Shown here in pieces: positions 32,101 to 43,622 of a stretch of 64,000 nucleotides of DNA; position 1 is the stretch's first letter; every line of letters starts with the position of its first letter. This DNA comes from an uncultured bacterium. GTDB taxonomy: Bacteria; Verrucomicrobiota; Verrucomicrobiia; Limisphaerales; UBA8199. Where the stretch lies: contig CAVVMW010000010.1 of assembly GCA_963749495.1 (NCBI GenBank), forward strand, positions 544,001 through 608,000, read 5' to 3'. The position numbers were made by a program, and so were the translations under genes. A model generated the notes under the pieces. That model was not told where the DNA came from. It did no database searches and worked only from the letters and a program-made list of their open reading frames with translations.

Positions 32101-33647
32101 TGTCCAGCCATGCCTTCGCCGCCGCCACGTTGGTGATCGCGCCGTCGTCTGCCGGAACCATCACCAACACCGCGACTGCCTCTTTGGTCCCCGGCGGAGT
32201 AGCGGTGTTCGATCCGAACCTGGCCAACAACACCGCAAGCATCGTAGCGACCGTCACCGCCCCGGTCGTCACCAACGTTGCGCCCCGCACAGCTCTGATC
32301 GTCGGCGTCGCGAGCACACCCAGTCCCGTCACGGTCGGGAGCAACCTTCTTTACGTCGTGACGCTAACCAACACCGTGGCCGATGCCCAGGCGGTGGAGT
32401 TGTCGGACACGCTGCCGCCGGGCGTGGCATTTGTCAGCGCCGCCTTTACGAACTCGCCCGGCACGCCGTTCAGCGCGCCGATTTATTCGAACAACGTCGT
32501 GTCCACAACGGCTGCGCTTTTCGGCTCCAACTCCGCAGTTGCTCTGGCCATCACGGTCGCTCCCACCATCACCGGCATGCTGACCAACGTCGCCACGGTG
32601 AGCAGTTCCACGCTGGACCTGGATCCCACCGGGAGCAATCATACCGCCACGGTCATCAGCAGCGTCCTGGCCCCCGCGCAGGCGGACCTGGCCTTGATCC
32701 TGACCCAAAGCTCCAATTCCATTGTTCTCGGGAGCAACCTCTCTTACACGCTTCTGGTCACCAACCTCGGTCCGGCAGGCGCGCCGGACGTGGTGCTGGA
32801 CGACACGCTGCCCGCCGGCGCGCGCTATGTGAGTTCCACGGCCAGCCAGGGCGCCGCCACGCCGAGCGGGAGCAGTGTGCACTGGGATTTCGGCGCCATG
32901 TTCAGCCATGGCTTCGCGGTCGCCACCTTGGTGGTCGCGCCTTCCCCTGCCGGGACCATCACCAACACCGCGACTGCCACTCTGGTCCCCGCCGGAGCAG
33001 CGGTATTCGATCCGAACCTGGCCAACAACATCGCAAGCATCGTAGTGACCGTCACCGCCCCGGTCGTCACCAACGTCGCGGTCCAAGCGCTGGGCCCGAT
33101 CACGTTCAATCCGCAAACGGGCCTTTACCAGCAATCGGTTCTGTTCACCAACTTGAGCGGCGTGGCAGCCACAGCGGTGCGCGTTGCGGTGCCCGGCCTG
33201 CCTTCGTCGGTGGTGCTCTACAACGCATCGGGCTCGGCCAAAGGGACGCCCTATGTTGAGTATGACCAGACCATTGCCGCGGGCGGCGGCGTGGTCTTCC
33301 TGCTCGAGTACTATGCTGCCGCCCGCCAGCCCTTCGTCTCCACCAACTTCGTCGCCACGGTGGTCGCCGCCACAACCCCGCCGACGCCCAGTGGCACGAT
33401 TCTGCAACTGGACTGTCAGCCGTTCATGAGCCAGGGCCTGCTCACCATCGAGTTTGCCAGTGTGCCGGGGCACACCTACGTTGTGCAGTACAGCACCAAC
33501 GCCGCCTCGGCGCAGTGGAAGACCGCGGTGCCTCCGATCCTTGCCGCCGGCACCAAAACCCAATGGATCGATTCGGGCCCGCCCAAGACCGACAGCCCCC
33601 CTGGCCCGGTCGGCCAGCGCTTCTACCGAGTCGTCCAAACCAACTAA
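29194..33647 (+). CDS. Large secreted surface protein: carboxypeptidase-regulatory-like repeats, four DUF11-like domains, RFYR C-terminal domain; frameshift near 29255
   Basis: Repeated GxIxGxVTD...TDxNGxY modules; YTLLVTNLGPADAPDVVLDDTLP; signal MKISGPMNRGVALFAVALALA lies in a different frame. Confidence 0.85.
31490..33080 (+). repeat. Intragenic tandem duplication, period 798 bp
   Basis: The DUF11 pair is repeated with near-identical DNA (e.g. 31585 vs 32383). Confidence 0.9.
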
Positions 33648-33671
33648 ACCAACCCCAAACGCCCCGCCAAC

Positions 33672-34676
33672 ATGCCTCCACCAGCTGCTTATCTGCGCGC
33701 CATTGCCCTAGCCGGGATGTCCGCGGCAGTCCCTCTCTCCGCTCTGGCACAGGAGGAGTCCACGCCGGACTGGAACCATTTCGGCCTGGACGCCCGGCTA
33801 GGCTTCAATATCGGAGTCAAATTTAGGAACGCCGCCACGGCCACTGTCCCGCCCCCGCCCTCGGCCGGCTCCGCGGTGAACCGCTCCTACTCGGACGGCT
33901 TCGTCAAGGTCGACAGCAGCGGCAACGCGGGGGGCCAGACCTGGAACTGGGGCTACCAGAACGCCTCGCAGGTGTTGGGCGACTCGCTCCTGATGCACGC
34001 GGCCTCCGTTTCGGCCGCGGCGGGCGAGGGCCGCAACGACGGCCCCAATCCGGGCTTCCAGCTCAGCTATGTCCGCGATCTGGGCCATGAGAGTTGGGGC
34101 CGATGGGGCATCAAAGCCGCCTTTGGCTGGACCGACATTCAAGTGAACAGCAGCGGTCCGATGACGGCGAGCGCGCAGGTCATCACGGACACTTATCCAC
34201 TGCACGGAGTAGTCCCGCCCAGGGCGCCCTATGCCGGCAGCTTCGGCGGCCCGGGCCCGGTCCTCGGCAGCACCCCAACCCGCTCGATCGCGCCAGGCAC
34301 CGCGGCCATCACCGGCAGCCGGAGCGTGGACGCGACCCTGTACGACTTTCGAGTGGGACCGACGGTTGAGCTGGGCATCACCAAGGCCCTGTCGGCCCAA
34401 CTGGGCGGCGGCCTGGCGTTCGGCGTGGTGGACAGCGCCTTCGCCTTCAACGACACCTCCACGCCGTCCGTGGGCGCCACCAGCAACGCCGGTTGCCAGG
34501 TCGGCGCTTACGCGGAAGCCGGTCTGGCTTACCGGGTGTGCCGTGCCGCCTCGCTCTTTGCGGGTGCGCAATTCCAGTACCTGGGCGATTTCACGCAAAA
34601 CGTTGCCGGCCATAGCGCCCAGCTCGATCTCAGCCAGTCCGTTTTCCTGGTCCTGGGCTTCGAGTTTCACTTCTGA
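33672..34676 (+). CDS. Putative outer-membrane beta-barrel protein
   Basis: Signal peptide ending ALA-QE; alternating amphipathic strands; C-terminal LVLGFEFHF BAM-type motif. Confidence 0.75.
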   Translation: MPPPAAYLRAIALAGMSAAVPLSALAQEESTPDWNHFGLDARLGFNIGVKFRNAATATVPPPPSAGSAVNRSYSDGFVKVDSSGNAGGQTWNWGYQNASQVLGDSLLMHAASVSAAAGEGRNDGPNPGFQLSYVRDLGHESWGRWGIKAAFGWTDIQVNSSGPMTASAQVITDTYPLHGVVPPRAPYAGSFGGPGPVLGSTPTRSIAPGTAAITGSRSVDATLYDFRVGPTVELGITKALSAQLGGGLAFGVVDSAFAFNDTSTPSVGATSNAGCQVGAYAEAGLAYRVCRAASLFAGAQFQYLGDFTQNVAGHSAQLDLSQSVFLVLGFEFHF

Positions 34677-34704
34677 TCCCAATCTCTGAACCAACCGATT
34701 CTCT

Positions 34705-37700
34705 ATGAAAATTCACTTTTCGCTGCTGATGGCTCTTGCGCTCGCGGCCATGGAATGTCCCGCCGCAGGCCCGTGGCCGCCCATTATCCCGCTCATTCCC
34801 CCCCATATCAACCTCGTACCGTACTCCTGGACCACCATCGCCGGGTTGTGTGAACTCGACATGCCTATTGACGTGTTCTGGGCGGATGGAACGAACAGTG
34901 ATGCCCGGTTTAACCTGCCTGCTGCCCTGGCGGTGGATCCGCTGGGCAACATCTACGTCGCGGATCAAAACAACTCCGTCATCCGCAAAATGATGCCGTC
35001 GGGCACGAACTGGGTGGTGACGACACCGGCCGGACAGCCCGGCTTACCCGGAACCAACGATGGGGTCGGGAACGCGGCGCTGTTTAATGGTCCCACGGGC
35101 ATCGCGGTGGACAAGGATGGCAATGTCTATGTGGCTGACAGCGGGAACAACACCATCCGCCGAATGACGCTGGACGGGATGGTGACGACGATCGCAGGCA
35201 ATGTCTCGTACAAGAATGACGTTGGCGAGCTCAGCGGTGGCTACCAGGACGGCGCAGGCCCCGTCGCGCGGTTTGGTTTCCCGATGGGCGTGGCGGTGGA
35301 CAACTCGGGTAACGTCTATGTGGGCGACACTGTTAACTGCCTAATCCGGAAAATCACACCCACGCCGGGGCCGGGTGGAATCACTTGGCAGGTCTCGACG
35401 CTTGCGGGAGCCCCGAAGACGGAGGGCAAGGATAACAGTGGCTTCGCAGACGGCAAGGGGAGCGTTGCGTCGTTTAATAATCCCCAAGGCGTGGCAGTGG
35501 ATAGCGCAGGCAATATCTATGTGGCGGACTCCTGGAACTGGGCGATCCGGAAAATAACCCCCGACGGAACGGTGAGCACGCTCGCGGGAGGGTGCCCCTG
35601 GCCGGGCGCTCCAGGGGTCGTAACGGAGGCGTACAATGACGAGTTCTGGACGAATCACATTCTCTACGGGCACTCGGACGGGATTGGTGGCGCAGCGGAG
35701 TTCATGTATCCTACGGGTGTGGCCGTCGATGGCACGGGGAACGTCTTTGTGGCGGATTCGTGGAACAGCGAGATCCGCAAAGTGACACCCGATGGCATGT
35801 CTGCGACCCTGGGCGGGGTGCCTTCGTTTACGTGTGTCGGTTCCGGTTATGACCCCTGCGGTGGCGGTTACGCGAATGGGGTGGGCACCAATGCTTTGTT
35901 TGGTGTCCCTCTGGGCTTGGCCGTGGACACCGATGGTGACCTTTATGTGGCCGACACACTCAATTTCGTGATTCGCAAGGGAGAGTCGGCACAGGTCCAG
36001 GTGGTTGCGCTGGAGGTGACCCAGGTCATTCAGGACTGGAGCAACAGCATCCCGCTCATCGAAGGCAAAACAACCTGCGTGCGGGCGCACCTGCAATTGA
36101 AGCCTAACGCCCCCGGACCAGTCAAGGTTTCCGGCGCGAAGCTCTATGGCATCGGGCCGGACGGTGCGCTGCCCGGGTCCCCGACTGACCCGATCAATTT
36201 CCCGGACGGCTCCCTGACGGTGCAGACCCACAACGCCGCTGACCCGGCCGTGCGGGGAACCTTTGCCCAGAGCTTGAACTTTCGCCTGCCAAAGGAGTGG
36301 CTTAGCGGCTCGATCACGCTGCAGTTGGCCTGGCCCGGCGGCCTGGACCCGGTCAACGTGGTCCCCAGCGACTGCACGGCGCAAGTGACGTTCTTTCCCG
36401 TGGCGGTCCCGCAGGTCAAGTTCTTCGCCGTGGACTGGACCGATGCGGGCGGCCTCCATTGGAACGTCGGCACGAACCTCACCGACTTGCCACGGCGCGT
36501 TCTGTCCTGCTTTCCTGTGGCGAGCATCGACGCAACGTTTGGAACCTTGCCTTGGTCGTCCAGGAGCCAGCCGTCCGTGGAGGCGGTGAATACGAAGCTG
36601 GCCAGCATGCGCTTTTGGGATTGGCTCTGGCGCGGGGCGAACACGATTTACCACGGCGCCATTAACGCCAACAACACCGACGGTCTGGCCGCCAGCAGCC
36701 CCGGATCCGTTTCCTCGGGAAACGTGTTGGACAGCCCTTACGGGAATGGACGGCAGACGACCTCGCACGAGCTTGGCCACGACCTCGGAGTGCCGCACGA
36801 CGTCAGCGCCGAGATCTTTGGGTATGCTGGGAATGGAGAGGCATACGCCCAGGGCGCATGCGGCGGCATATTGGGCCCGGCAACCTACGCCTACCCGCTT
36901 TTCCAACCCTTCGCAGCGTATGATCTGGTTGAACGGATCGCCCCTGGGGATGCCGACGCTGGGTCCCATGACCAGTGGCAGCAACTGCTTCATCTACGGA
37001 CTGGATACTCTGGCCATGCGGGTTCCGGGCTTGGAACCGGTTCTGTCGCCGACCAATTATGCGAACAGCTCCGGCACCAATTGGTACTTCGATCTGATGA
37101 GCTATTGCCGCAGCAGGGGTCCCGAAGATCGCTGGCCCTCGTCCGTCACCTACCTCAACTTGTATGCGGGCCTCTGGCTGATGTTCGGCCACCCGGATGT
37201 CGTAGCCAAAGGCCACCCACGGCCCAAAGGCGGTCCCGGCCAGCAGAATTACCTGCTCGTGCGAGGCACGGTGGACTTTAACGCCGGGATCGTCCAGTTT
37301 CTGCCGTGCCTGGCGCTCACCACCACCAACGAGCCGCCCGTGCCACCGCCCGGCACCAACTTTGTCGTTCAGGCGCTCGACGCCTCCGGGACCGTCCTTC
37401 AGGCCATCGGGTTTGAGCTCTTCACCAGCATCGTCGAGGAGGCCAGTACCAACCAGACCTCTGATTTCATCGTGCCCTTCACCGCGGATCCTCGCATCCG
37501 CACGCTTCAGTTCTGCTACCAAGGCACGGTGCTGACCTCGTTGACCGCCAGCCCCCATCCGCCCACGATCACGCTGACCACGCCCAACGGCGGGCAGAAC
37601 TTCGCCACCGGCGCCGTCAGCATCGCCTGGTCCGCCAACGATGTGGACGGGGATCCGTTGACCTACACTGTGGAATACAGCACGGACAACGGGGGGACGT

Positions 37701-38356
37701 GGGAGATGCTCGCCGTGGACTGGACCGAACAGAGCCTCGAGCTCGACAGTGCGCAGTTGGCCGCGACCAAGAACGCGTTGGTGCGGGTCACCGCCTGCGA
37801 TGGTTTCAACACGGCCAGCGCCACCTCCGCCGCGGCCTTCACCGTCCAACCTCACCCACCGTCGGTGACCATCGACGCGCCGGCCGACGGTTCCGTTTTC
37901 AGCGGGCACATGCAGTTGTTCCTCGACGCCACGGTTCTCGACATGCAGGACGGTGCGCTTGACGGCACCAATGTGGTATGGTCTTCCGACCGTGACGGAG
38001 CGCTGGGGGCTGGCTCGGTCGTGACCTTCCCTGTCACCACGTTGAGCCAGGGCCTCCACACCATCACCCTCACGGCAACCGACAGCGCGGGTCTGACTGG
38101 CAGCGCGGTAACGCACCTCTGGGTCCTGAGTTCCTCGGTGCCGCGACTCAGCATTCAGGTGACCCAGGGACATTCCTACGCGACCGTCTCGTGGCCGGCC
38201 ATCTTTACCAACTATGTCCTGCAAAGCAGCGCCAGCCTGGTGTCTGGCTGGGCCGCCCTCACCAACAATCCGCCCGTGGTTAATGGTTCTCAGCAAACAG
38301 TCACCGTGCCTATCTCACGGGGCAACTCGTTCTTCCGCCTCCTGCAACAGCCATAG
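34705..38356 (+). CDS. Secreted NHL-repeat protein with putative zinc metallopeptidase, Ig-like domains and FFR C-terminal domain; frameshift near 36925
   Basis: FNxPxGVAVDxxGNxYVAD repeats; SHELGHDLG; ORFs 34705-37281 and 36746-38356 join; ends NSFFRLLQQP. Confidence 0.8.
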
Positions 38357-38386
38357 GGTCGGCTTAGGAAAACTCACAACCGTTGT

Positions 38387-39787
38387 TTGATACTGGCTCT
38401 GGCCCTGACGGCAACTCACTGTCCAGCCCAATCCGTCATTTTGCCCTATACTTTCACGACCCTGGCGGGTGCGCTGGAAATCGATGGCATGGGGGGCTAT
38501 GCGGATGGAACCAATGCCAGCGCCCAATTTGATTATCCCGAAGGCGTCGCGGTGGATCGAGCGGGCAACCTCTATGTGGCGGACTACAACAACCATTGCG
38601 TGCGCAAGGTGGACACCAACGGCATCATCACAACGGTCGTGGGCAACCGAACGGAAGGACACACGCCGCCTACTTTCACCGGGCAGGCGACCAACACCCA
38701 AATCGCGGCCCCTTATGCCCTGGCCATCAACTCCAACGGGAACCTCTTCCTTTCTGACTCGCACTTCAATCAGGTCCTCAGGGTGAACGCCAATGGCCTC
38801 GTCAACACGCTGGCAGGCCCCGGCACGACCCTAAACCTCCTGTCCGCTCCCGATGGCCTTGCCTGCGATGGCGCCAACAATCTTTATATCGCCGACCGCA
38901 ACAACAACTGCATCCGCAAGATAGGTGTCAATGGGAACATCACCACCGTGGCGGGCGGGGGCAGTTCATTGGCGGACGGCGTCCTGGCGACGAACGCCCG
39001 GGTATTCGCCCCTGAGGCGGTGGCGGTTGACGCCAACGGCAATCTCTATATCTCCATTGACGGCCAGTCCGTGGTGCGCAAGGTGGACACCTCCGGGGTC
39101 ATCACCACCGTCGCAGGCAATGGTTCCTTCGGTTTTTCGGGCGACGGCCGGGCCGCCACGAGTGCCGCTCTGAACTATCCCGCCGGACTCGTTGTCGATG
39201 CCGCCGGCAATCTGTTCATCGCCGACACCGCCAACAACCGCGTCCGTCGCGTGGACACCAACAGCATCATCGCCACGGTGGCGGGCACGGGCGTGGCCGG
39301 CTATTTCGGGGACGGCGGCCAGGCCGTGGACGCCTGGCTCAACAGCCCGGACGGCCTCGCCCTCGACCCGGCAGGCAGCCTTTATGTGGCTGACACGGCC
39401 AACAACCGCGTCCGCAAGGTCCTCCTCACCGGCTCGCCGACGCTCGTCCTGGACAATGCCAGCGCTGCCAATGCCGGCAGTTACCAGGTCATTGTCAGCA
39501 ACCCCTGGGCCAGCCTCACCAGCAGCGTCGCGGCTCTGACCGTGAGCGGGACCTCAGCGCCCATTGTCATCCAGGGCGTCGTGCGGCATTCCGACGGCAG
39601 CTTTGACCTCACCGGGACGGGAAGTCCGGGCGCACGTTATGTGCTGAACATGGCCAGCAACCTGGCGCCCCCCGTCACTTGGGTTGGTGTTATCACCAAT
39701 ACCTCGACCGCCGCGGGGGAATGGCAATTCACCGCCATCAAGCCCACGGGCTCTCGGAGCACCTTTTTCCGCGTGTCCGGGCCGTAG
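38387..39787 (+). CDS. Secreted NHL-repeat protein with Ig remnant and FFR C-terminal domain
   Basis: GFSGDGRAATSAALNYPAGL-type repeats; ends STFFRVSGP. Confidence 0.85.
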   Translation: MILALALTATHCPAQSVILPYTFTTLAGALEIDGMGGYADGTNASAQFDYPEGVAVDRAGNLYVADYNNHCVRKVDTNGIITTVVGNRTEGHTPPTFTGQATNTQIAAPYALAINSNGNLFLSDSHFNQVLRVNANGLVNTLAGPGTTLNLLSAPDGLACDGANNLYIADRNNNCIRKIGVNGNITTVAGGGSSLADGVLATNARVFAPEAVAVDANGNLYISIDGQSVVRKVDTSGVITTVAGNGSFGFSGDGRAATSAALNYPAGLVVDAAGNLFIADTANNRVRRVDTNSIIATVAGTGVAGYFGDGGQAVDAWLNSPDGLALDPAGSLYVADTANNRVRKVLLTGSPTLVLDNASAANAGSYQVIVSNPWASLTSSVAALTVSGTSAPIVIQGVVRHSDGSFDLTGTGSPGARYVLNMASNLAPPVTWVGVITNTSTAAGEWQFTAIKPTGSRSTFFRVSGP

Positions 39788-40027
39788 CGGCGTTCAGTTC
39801 CGCAGTCGAAAAAACTGGGCCTTGGCCAGCGGGGGCTATTGGTGTAGGGGGCTGGTCCCGCCGGTCACGTCCTGGTGGGGGCCGGCGGGCTCAGGGCCGA
39901 TTGCAGGATGAAAGGACCGGACCAGGTCACCCGCGTAGCGTCAAAGCCGGCCGCACGGCAAAAAACCAAATTCCTATCAGTTATACAAGTAATTTCGGCA
40001 TACGGAGAATAGAAGATAATGTCTTGT

Positions 40028-40151
40028 TCTTTTGCCGCCCAGCTTCGTTGTTCACTCGTTGCAGATCACTGGATATGCGCCTCGTTCACGCCTCGCTGGG
40101 CGCCAAAATCCCGGCGGCATCTTGCCACCTTTATTTATTTCCACCGCCTAA
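40028..40151. repeat. Right half of the MITE/REP-like element
   Basis: Ends TTGCCACCTTTATTTATTTCCACCGCCTAA; internal TTTTGCCGCCCAGC...GCTGGGCGCCAAAA stem. Confidence 0.75.
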
Positions 40152-40365
40152 CCGCAACGCGCCCGTTCAGATCAGGGCGCCCAATCATCTCCAGACGGCA
40201 TGCCCGCCCGGTTCGCAAAGAAAAGCCGGAACCATCCCGCGTGTTCGCTTCTGAACCGTGGTGAAGGGCATCAACCCCTTCTGAACCGAACGATGAACAC
40301 TGGCCCCGCGCGGCGGACCAGGACAGGCGGGCGCGGGGCGCCGACGACGAAACGAACAGACACCT

Positions 40366-41966
40366 ATGAAATCGAAGAAAAAGCTCAGCCTCATCACCAG
40401 GATCGCACTGATGGTTCTGGTCGTTCACCCTTGCGCCAGGTCGGTTCATGCCGGCGTGGCGGTCAGGATTGGACAAAACTTCACGGGCAGCAGCAGTTCG
40501 TTCGCCGCGCCTCCGATGGCAAGCGGCGCCGCGAGCGCAGATTACTTTGTCGAGTTCAACATCAACCAGTTCGCGGTCCACAGCAAGGCTGATGGAGCCG
40601 TGCTGCAAAACTTGAACTGGCAGGATTTCTGGAAGCAGGCCGGGGTAACAATCCCCGCTGCGTATGGTCAATATGAAGAGCGCGTGATATATGATCCAAC
40701 CGTCCAGCGATGGTTCGTGGCGGAAGATGTCGCGGATGGCAATAACCCCACAACGACGTATCATTTCCTGCTGGCGGTTTCGGCCACGGCAGATCCTTCG
40801 GGAGCTTGGAATGGAGCGTCCATTTCCGGCGATCCCGGAGGCGACAATTATGCCGGTTGGGTGAATATGGGCCTCGACGCCCAGGGTTTCTATCTTTCGG
40901 CTGTGGTGGTCACGTCCGCCGGCTCCTCCGTTGGTTGCACGCTGTTGTCTTTTCCGAAGGCCGATCTTTTGTTGATTCCCCCCATCATCACCAATCGGAC
41001 CTGGTTTGGAACCCTGAGCGCCACGACTTATGGCTACAACATTAAGCCGGCGGTCTGTATCGATGGCAGCGCGGGCGGCGATGTGCTGGCGACAACGGGC
41101 AGGGGCATCACGGGCGATAACAACAGCGGCTTGTTCGCCTTTGCCGTTCAGAATGCCGGCGGTCCTGGCCCTGCCACCCTAAGCAGCCCTAAAGTCCTGC
41201 CGGTGCCAGCTTATGCTGCGGCCCAACAAGCGATGCAGCCTGACGGTTCCAGCAAGCTGAAGATCTGGAACGCCGCATTCACCGCCAACGCCTACTGTGT
41301 CGGCCGCCGTCTTTTTGCCACCGATTCCGTCGAGGCCGGCGATCACGCGGCCATCCGCTGGTATCGCGTCAGCGCGGCCAATCACACGCTGTTGGAATCG
41401 GGCACGATCTCTGACCCGGGCCTTGACTTGTATTATCCTTCCATCGCCGCCGGCACCAATGGCACGGTCGTGGCTGCCTTTAACGGGTCGGGCACCAATG
41501 CCTACGTGAGCAGCTACGCCGCGGTTGGGCAAACGGCCAATGGGGTGACGACCTTCGGGAATGTGCTGTTGCTGGCACCCGGGTTGGCGAGCTATCAAAA
41601 CCTGGATCCCAACACTGGCGTTGACTTTTGGGGCTACTACAGTACGACTAGTGTGGACCCAACTGACCCGAATGGCTTCTGGGCCATCAACACGTTTGCC
41701 GCCGGCCCACCACCTGGTCCACGCAAATCACTCAGCTACTGACCAGCCCCAGCCCGCAGCTTGCCATCGCCAAAGCCGGCGCCAACCTGCTCCTCTCCTG
41801 GCCCGTGACGGCGGTGCCCTTTCAACTTCAATCCGCCGGGAACATTCCCGCCAGCAGTTCCTGGTCGCCTGTGAACCGGATCGCCGCCACCAACGGCAGC
41901 ACGGTTTCCGTCCTCGTTCCGGCTCCGACCGCGTCAACCTTCTTCCGTCTGGCCCAGGCCCAGTGA
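40366..41966 (+). CDS. Secreted beta-rich hypothetical protein with FFR C-terminal domain; frameshift near 41708
   Basis: Signal peptide; WGYYSTTSVDPTD; continues in a shifted frame TWSTQITQL...LLLSWP...STFFRLAQAQ*. Confidence 0.75.
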
Positions 41967-42300
41967 GGTCGAAGCACCATCATTGGCCCGGCGCCGCGGG
42001 CCCGCGCGAGTTGCACTTTGGGCAATTCTGGTGTCCAATATGAGTAGTTCCCCGAGATGATGTGCGCCTCCCCGTAGCGGGAGGCGAGGGCCGGGGAAAT
42101 GATTGACGGGTTCGGCGCCGGAACAAGTGACTCAGATCCTCGATGCTTGGTCCAACTGCTCCTTGGGCCGCTCCAGGCCGAGGTCCACATCGCTGTTGAC
42201 TCGCCCGATGGAGCCGACGCAAAGCGAGACTCCACTCGGAATTTTGAACTTGTGATCCGCAGCCAAATCTCGCACGATGAGTCAAGCACACCATGAAAAT

Positions 42301-42999
42301 ATGGCAATCCTACCGTGGAAGCGAATACTGGTCGCTCTCGTCATCGGCATAGGCACCCTCGTCGGTGGAACCTGGTTGTTGAGCCGGACCTTGGCACAGC
42401 GGGAGGTATCCTGTCAGGGGAAGCCCCTGGAGGACTGGCTCGAACAGTTGAACGGTCAGGATGCCGCTGCCAGTAACCGTGCGGCCGTTGTCGTGCGCAC
42501 TATGATCATCCCGCAGCTCACGGAGCAGATGCTTCACGATACCAGCGATTCGAGTTTGCGGATAGGGCTCATCGAGAAACTTAACACCCTGCCCGGGGTG
42601 GATATACAGTTTGCGACTGCGCCGTTCCGCCGCGCCGCCGCCGCCAGATGGTTGGGAGAAATCGGGCCACCGGCCAAGGCGGCGGTTTCAGCCCTTCTTC
42701 AAGTCCTCAAAGGAACCGACGAAACGGTGCGCGTTAAGGCGGCCGAGGCTTTGGGTCGCATCCACAGCGATCCCGAGATAGTTATCCCGGCACTGCTCAC
42801 CTGCCTTAGCGACCCGAAGAGCGACCTGCGCACTGCGGCAACCGAGGCCTTGGCGGGCTGGGGCAAGCAATCCCAGGCTGCCGTGCCGCGGCTGATCCAG
42901 TTGCTCGACGATCGCAGCGACCGGGATTTGATGGCAGCCGTTCCGAAGGCGCTCAAGAAGATCGATCCGGAGGCCGCAGCCAAAGCAGCGGTGAAGTAG
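42301..42999 (+). CDS. Membrane-anchored HEAT-repeat protein
   Basis: GKPLEDWL; LGEIGPPAKAAV; VRVKAAEALGRI; ALKKIDPEAAAKA. Confidence 0.85.
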   Translation: MAILPWKRILVALVIGIGTLVGGTWLLSRTLAQREVSCQGKPLEDWLEQLNGQDAAASNRAAVVVRTMIIPQLTEQMLHDTSDSSLRIGLIEKLNTLPGVDIQFATAPFRRAAAARWLGEIGPPAKAAVSALLQVLKGTDETVRVKAAEALGRIHSDPEIVIPALLTCLSDPKSDLRTAATEALAGWGKQSQAAVPRLIQLLDDRSDRDLMAAVPKALKKIDPEAAAKAAVK

Positions 43000-43162
43000 G
43001 GCGCAGGTTGCAGCGAAAAAGGACAAGGGCCCCGGAGTCGCCTCCCAGCCCCGAGCTTTCGACCAACGGCGCCGGGCATCGCGCTCATCCGGAAAGTTCC
43101 TGTCTGGAGTGATGAAGGCCAAGGCGTCTGAGGACCAATACTGGGCGTGCCGCGACCCGGCG

Positions 43163-43375
43163 TCACCGCGTAGCGGTGCCTGAAGGTAGCCGTGGACTTC
43201 CAGTCCACGGAATCAAGCCCCAAGCTCACCTGCGTCGCGTAGCGACGCTTGAGAACAGGATTCGATTTGGCCAGCGCCAGGCCCTCAGGCGTCGCTACGC
43301 GACGCGCGGCCATTCCCACGCCCCAAACCGTGGACCGAGGTCCACGGCTACCTTCAGCGCGTCGCTACGCGACGC
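43163..43375. repeat. REP-like element, complete copy
   Basis: GTAGCCGTGGAC...GTCCACGGCTAC outer arms with GCGTCGCGTAGCGACGC hairpins; homologous to 8264-8422. Confidence 0.85.
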
Positions 43376-43479
43376 AGGCGCTATGCTGGTGACTCCGAGG
43401 AGGCGGCCGCGAGGTGGAAGATGCGGTCACGCGATGAAGGCGGCACACCTATTTGCGGGCAGGAACTTTCCGGAAGAGC

Positions 43480-43538
43480 GCGTTTCTTTGTGATCTCTGC
43501 GCTCTTCGCGGTTAATTTTGCCACCGGCTCTTAGACGA
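43480..43538. repeat. Right arm of a 9-nt-period element; direct repeat of 45205-45263
   Basis: 55/59 identical to 45205-45263. Confidence 0.85.
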
Positions 43539-43622
43539 GCCTTGGAAAACCTGCTGCTTCGATGGGCCAATAACTTCGCCGGATTTGACGGCTACGCAGT
43601 TTGTCTTATCTTGAGAGCCGCA

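Noticed and set aside
31585..32383. Duplication period (798 bp) equals the intron length
   Set aside because: No sequence similarity between them; coincidence.
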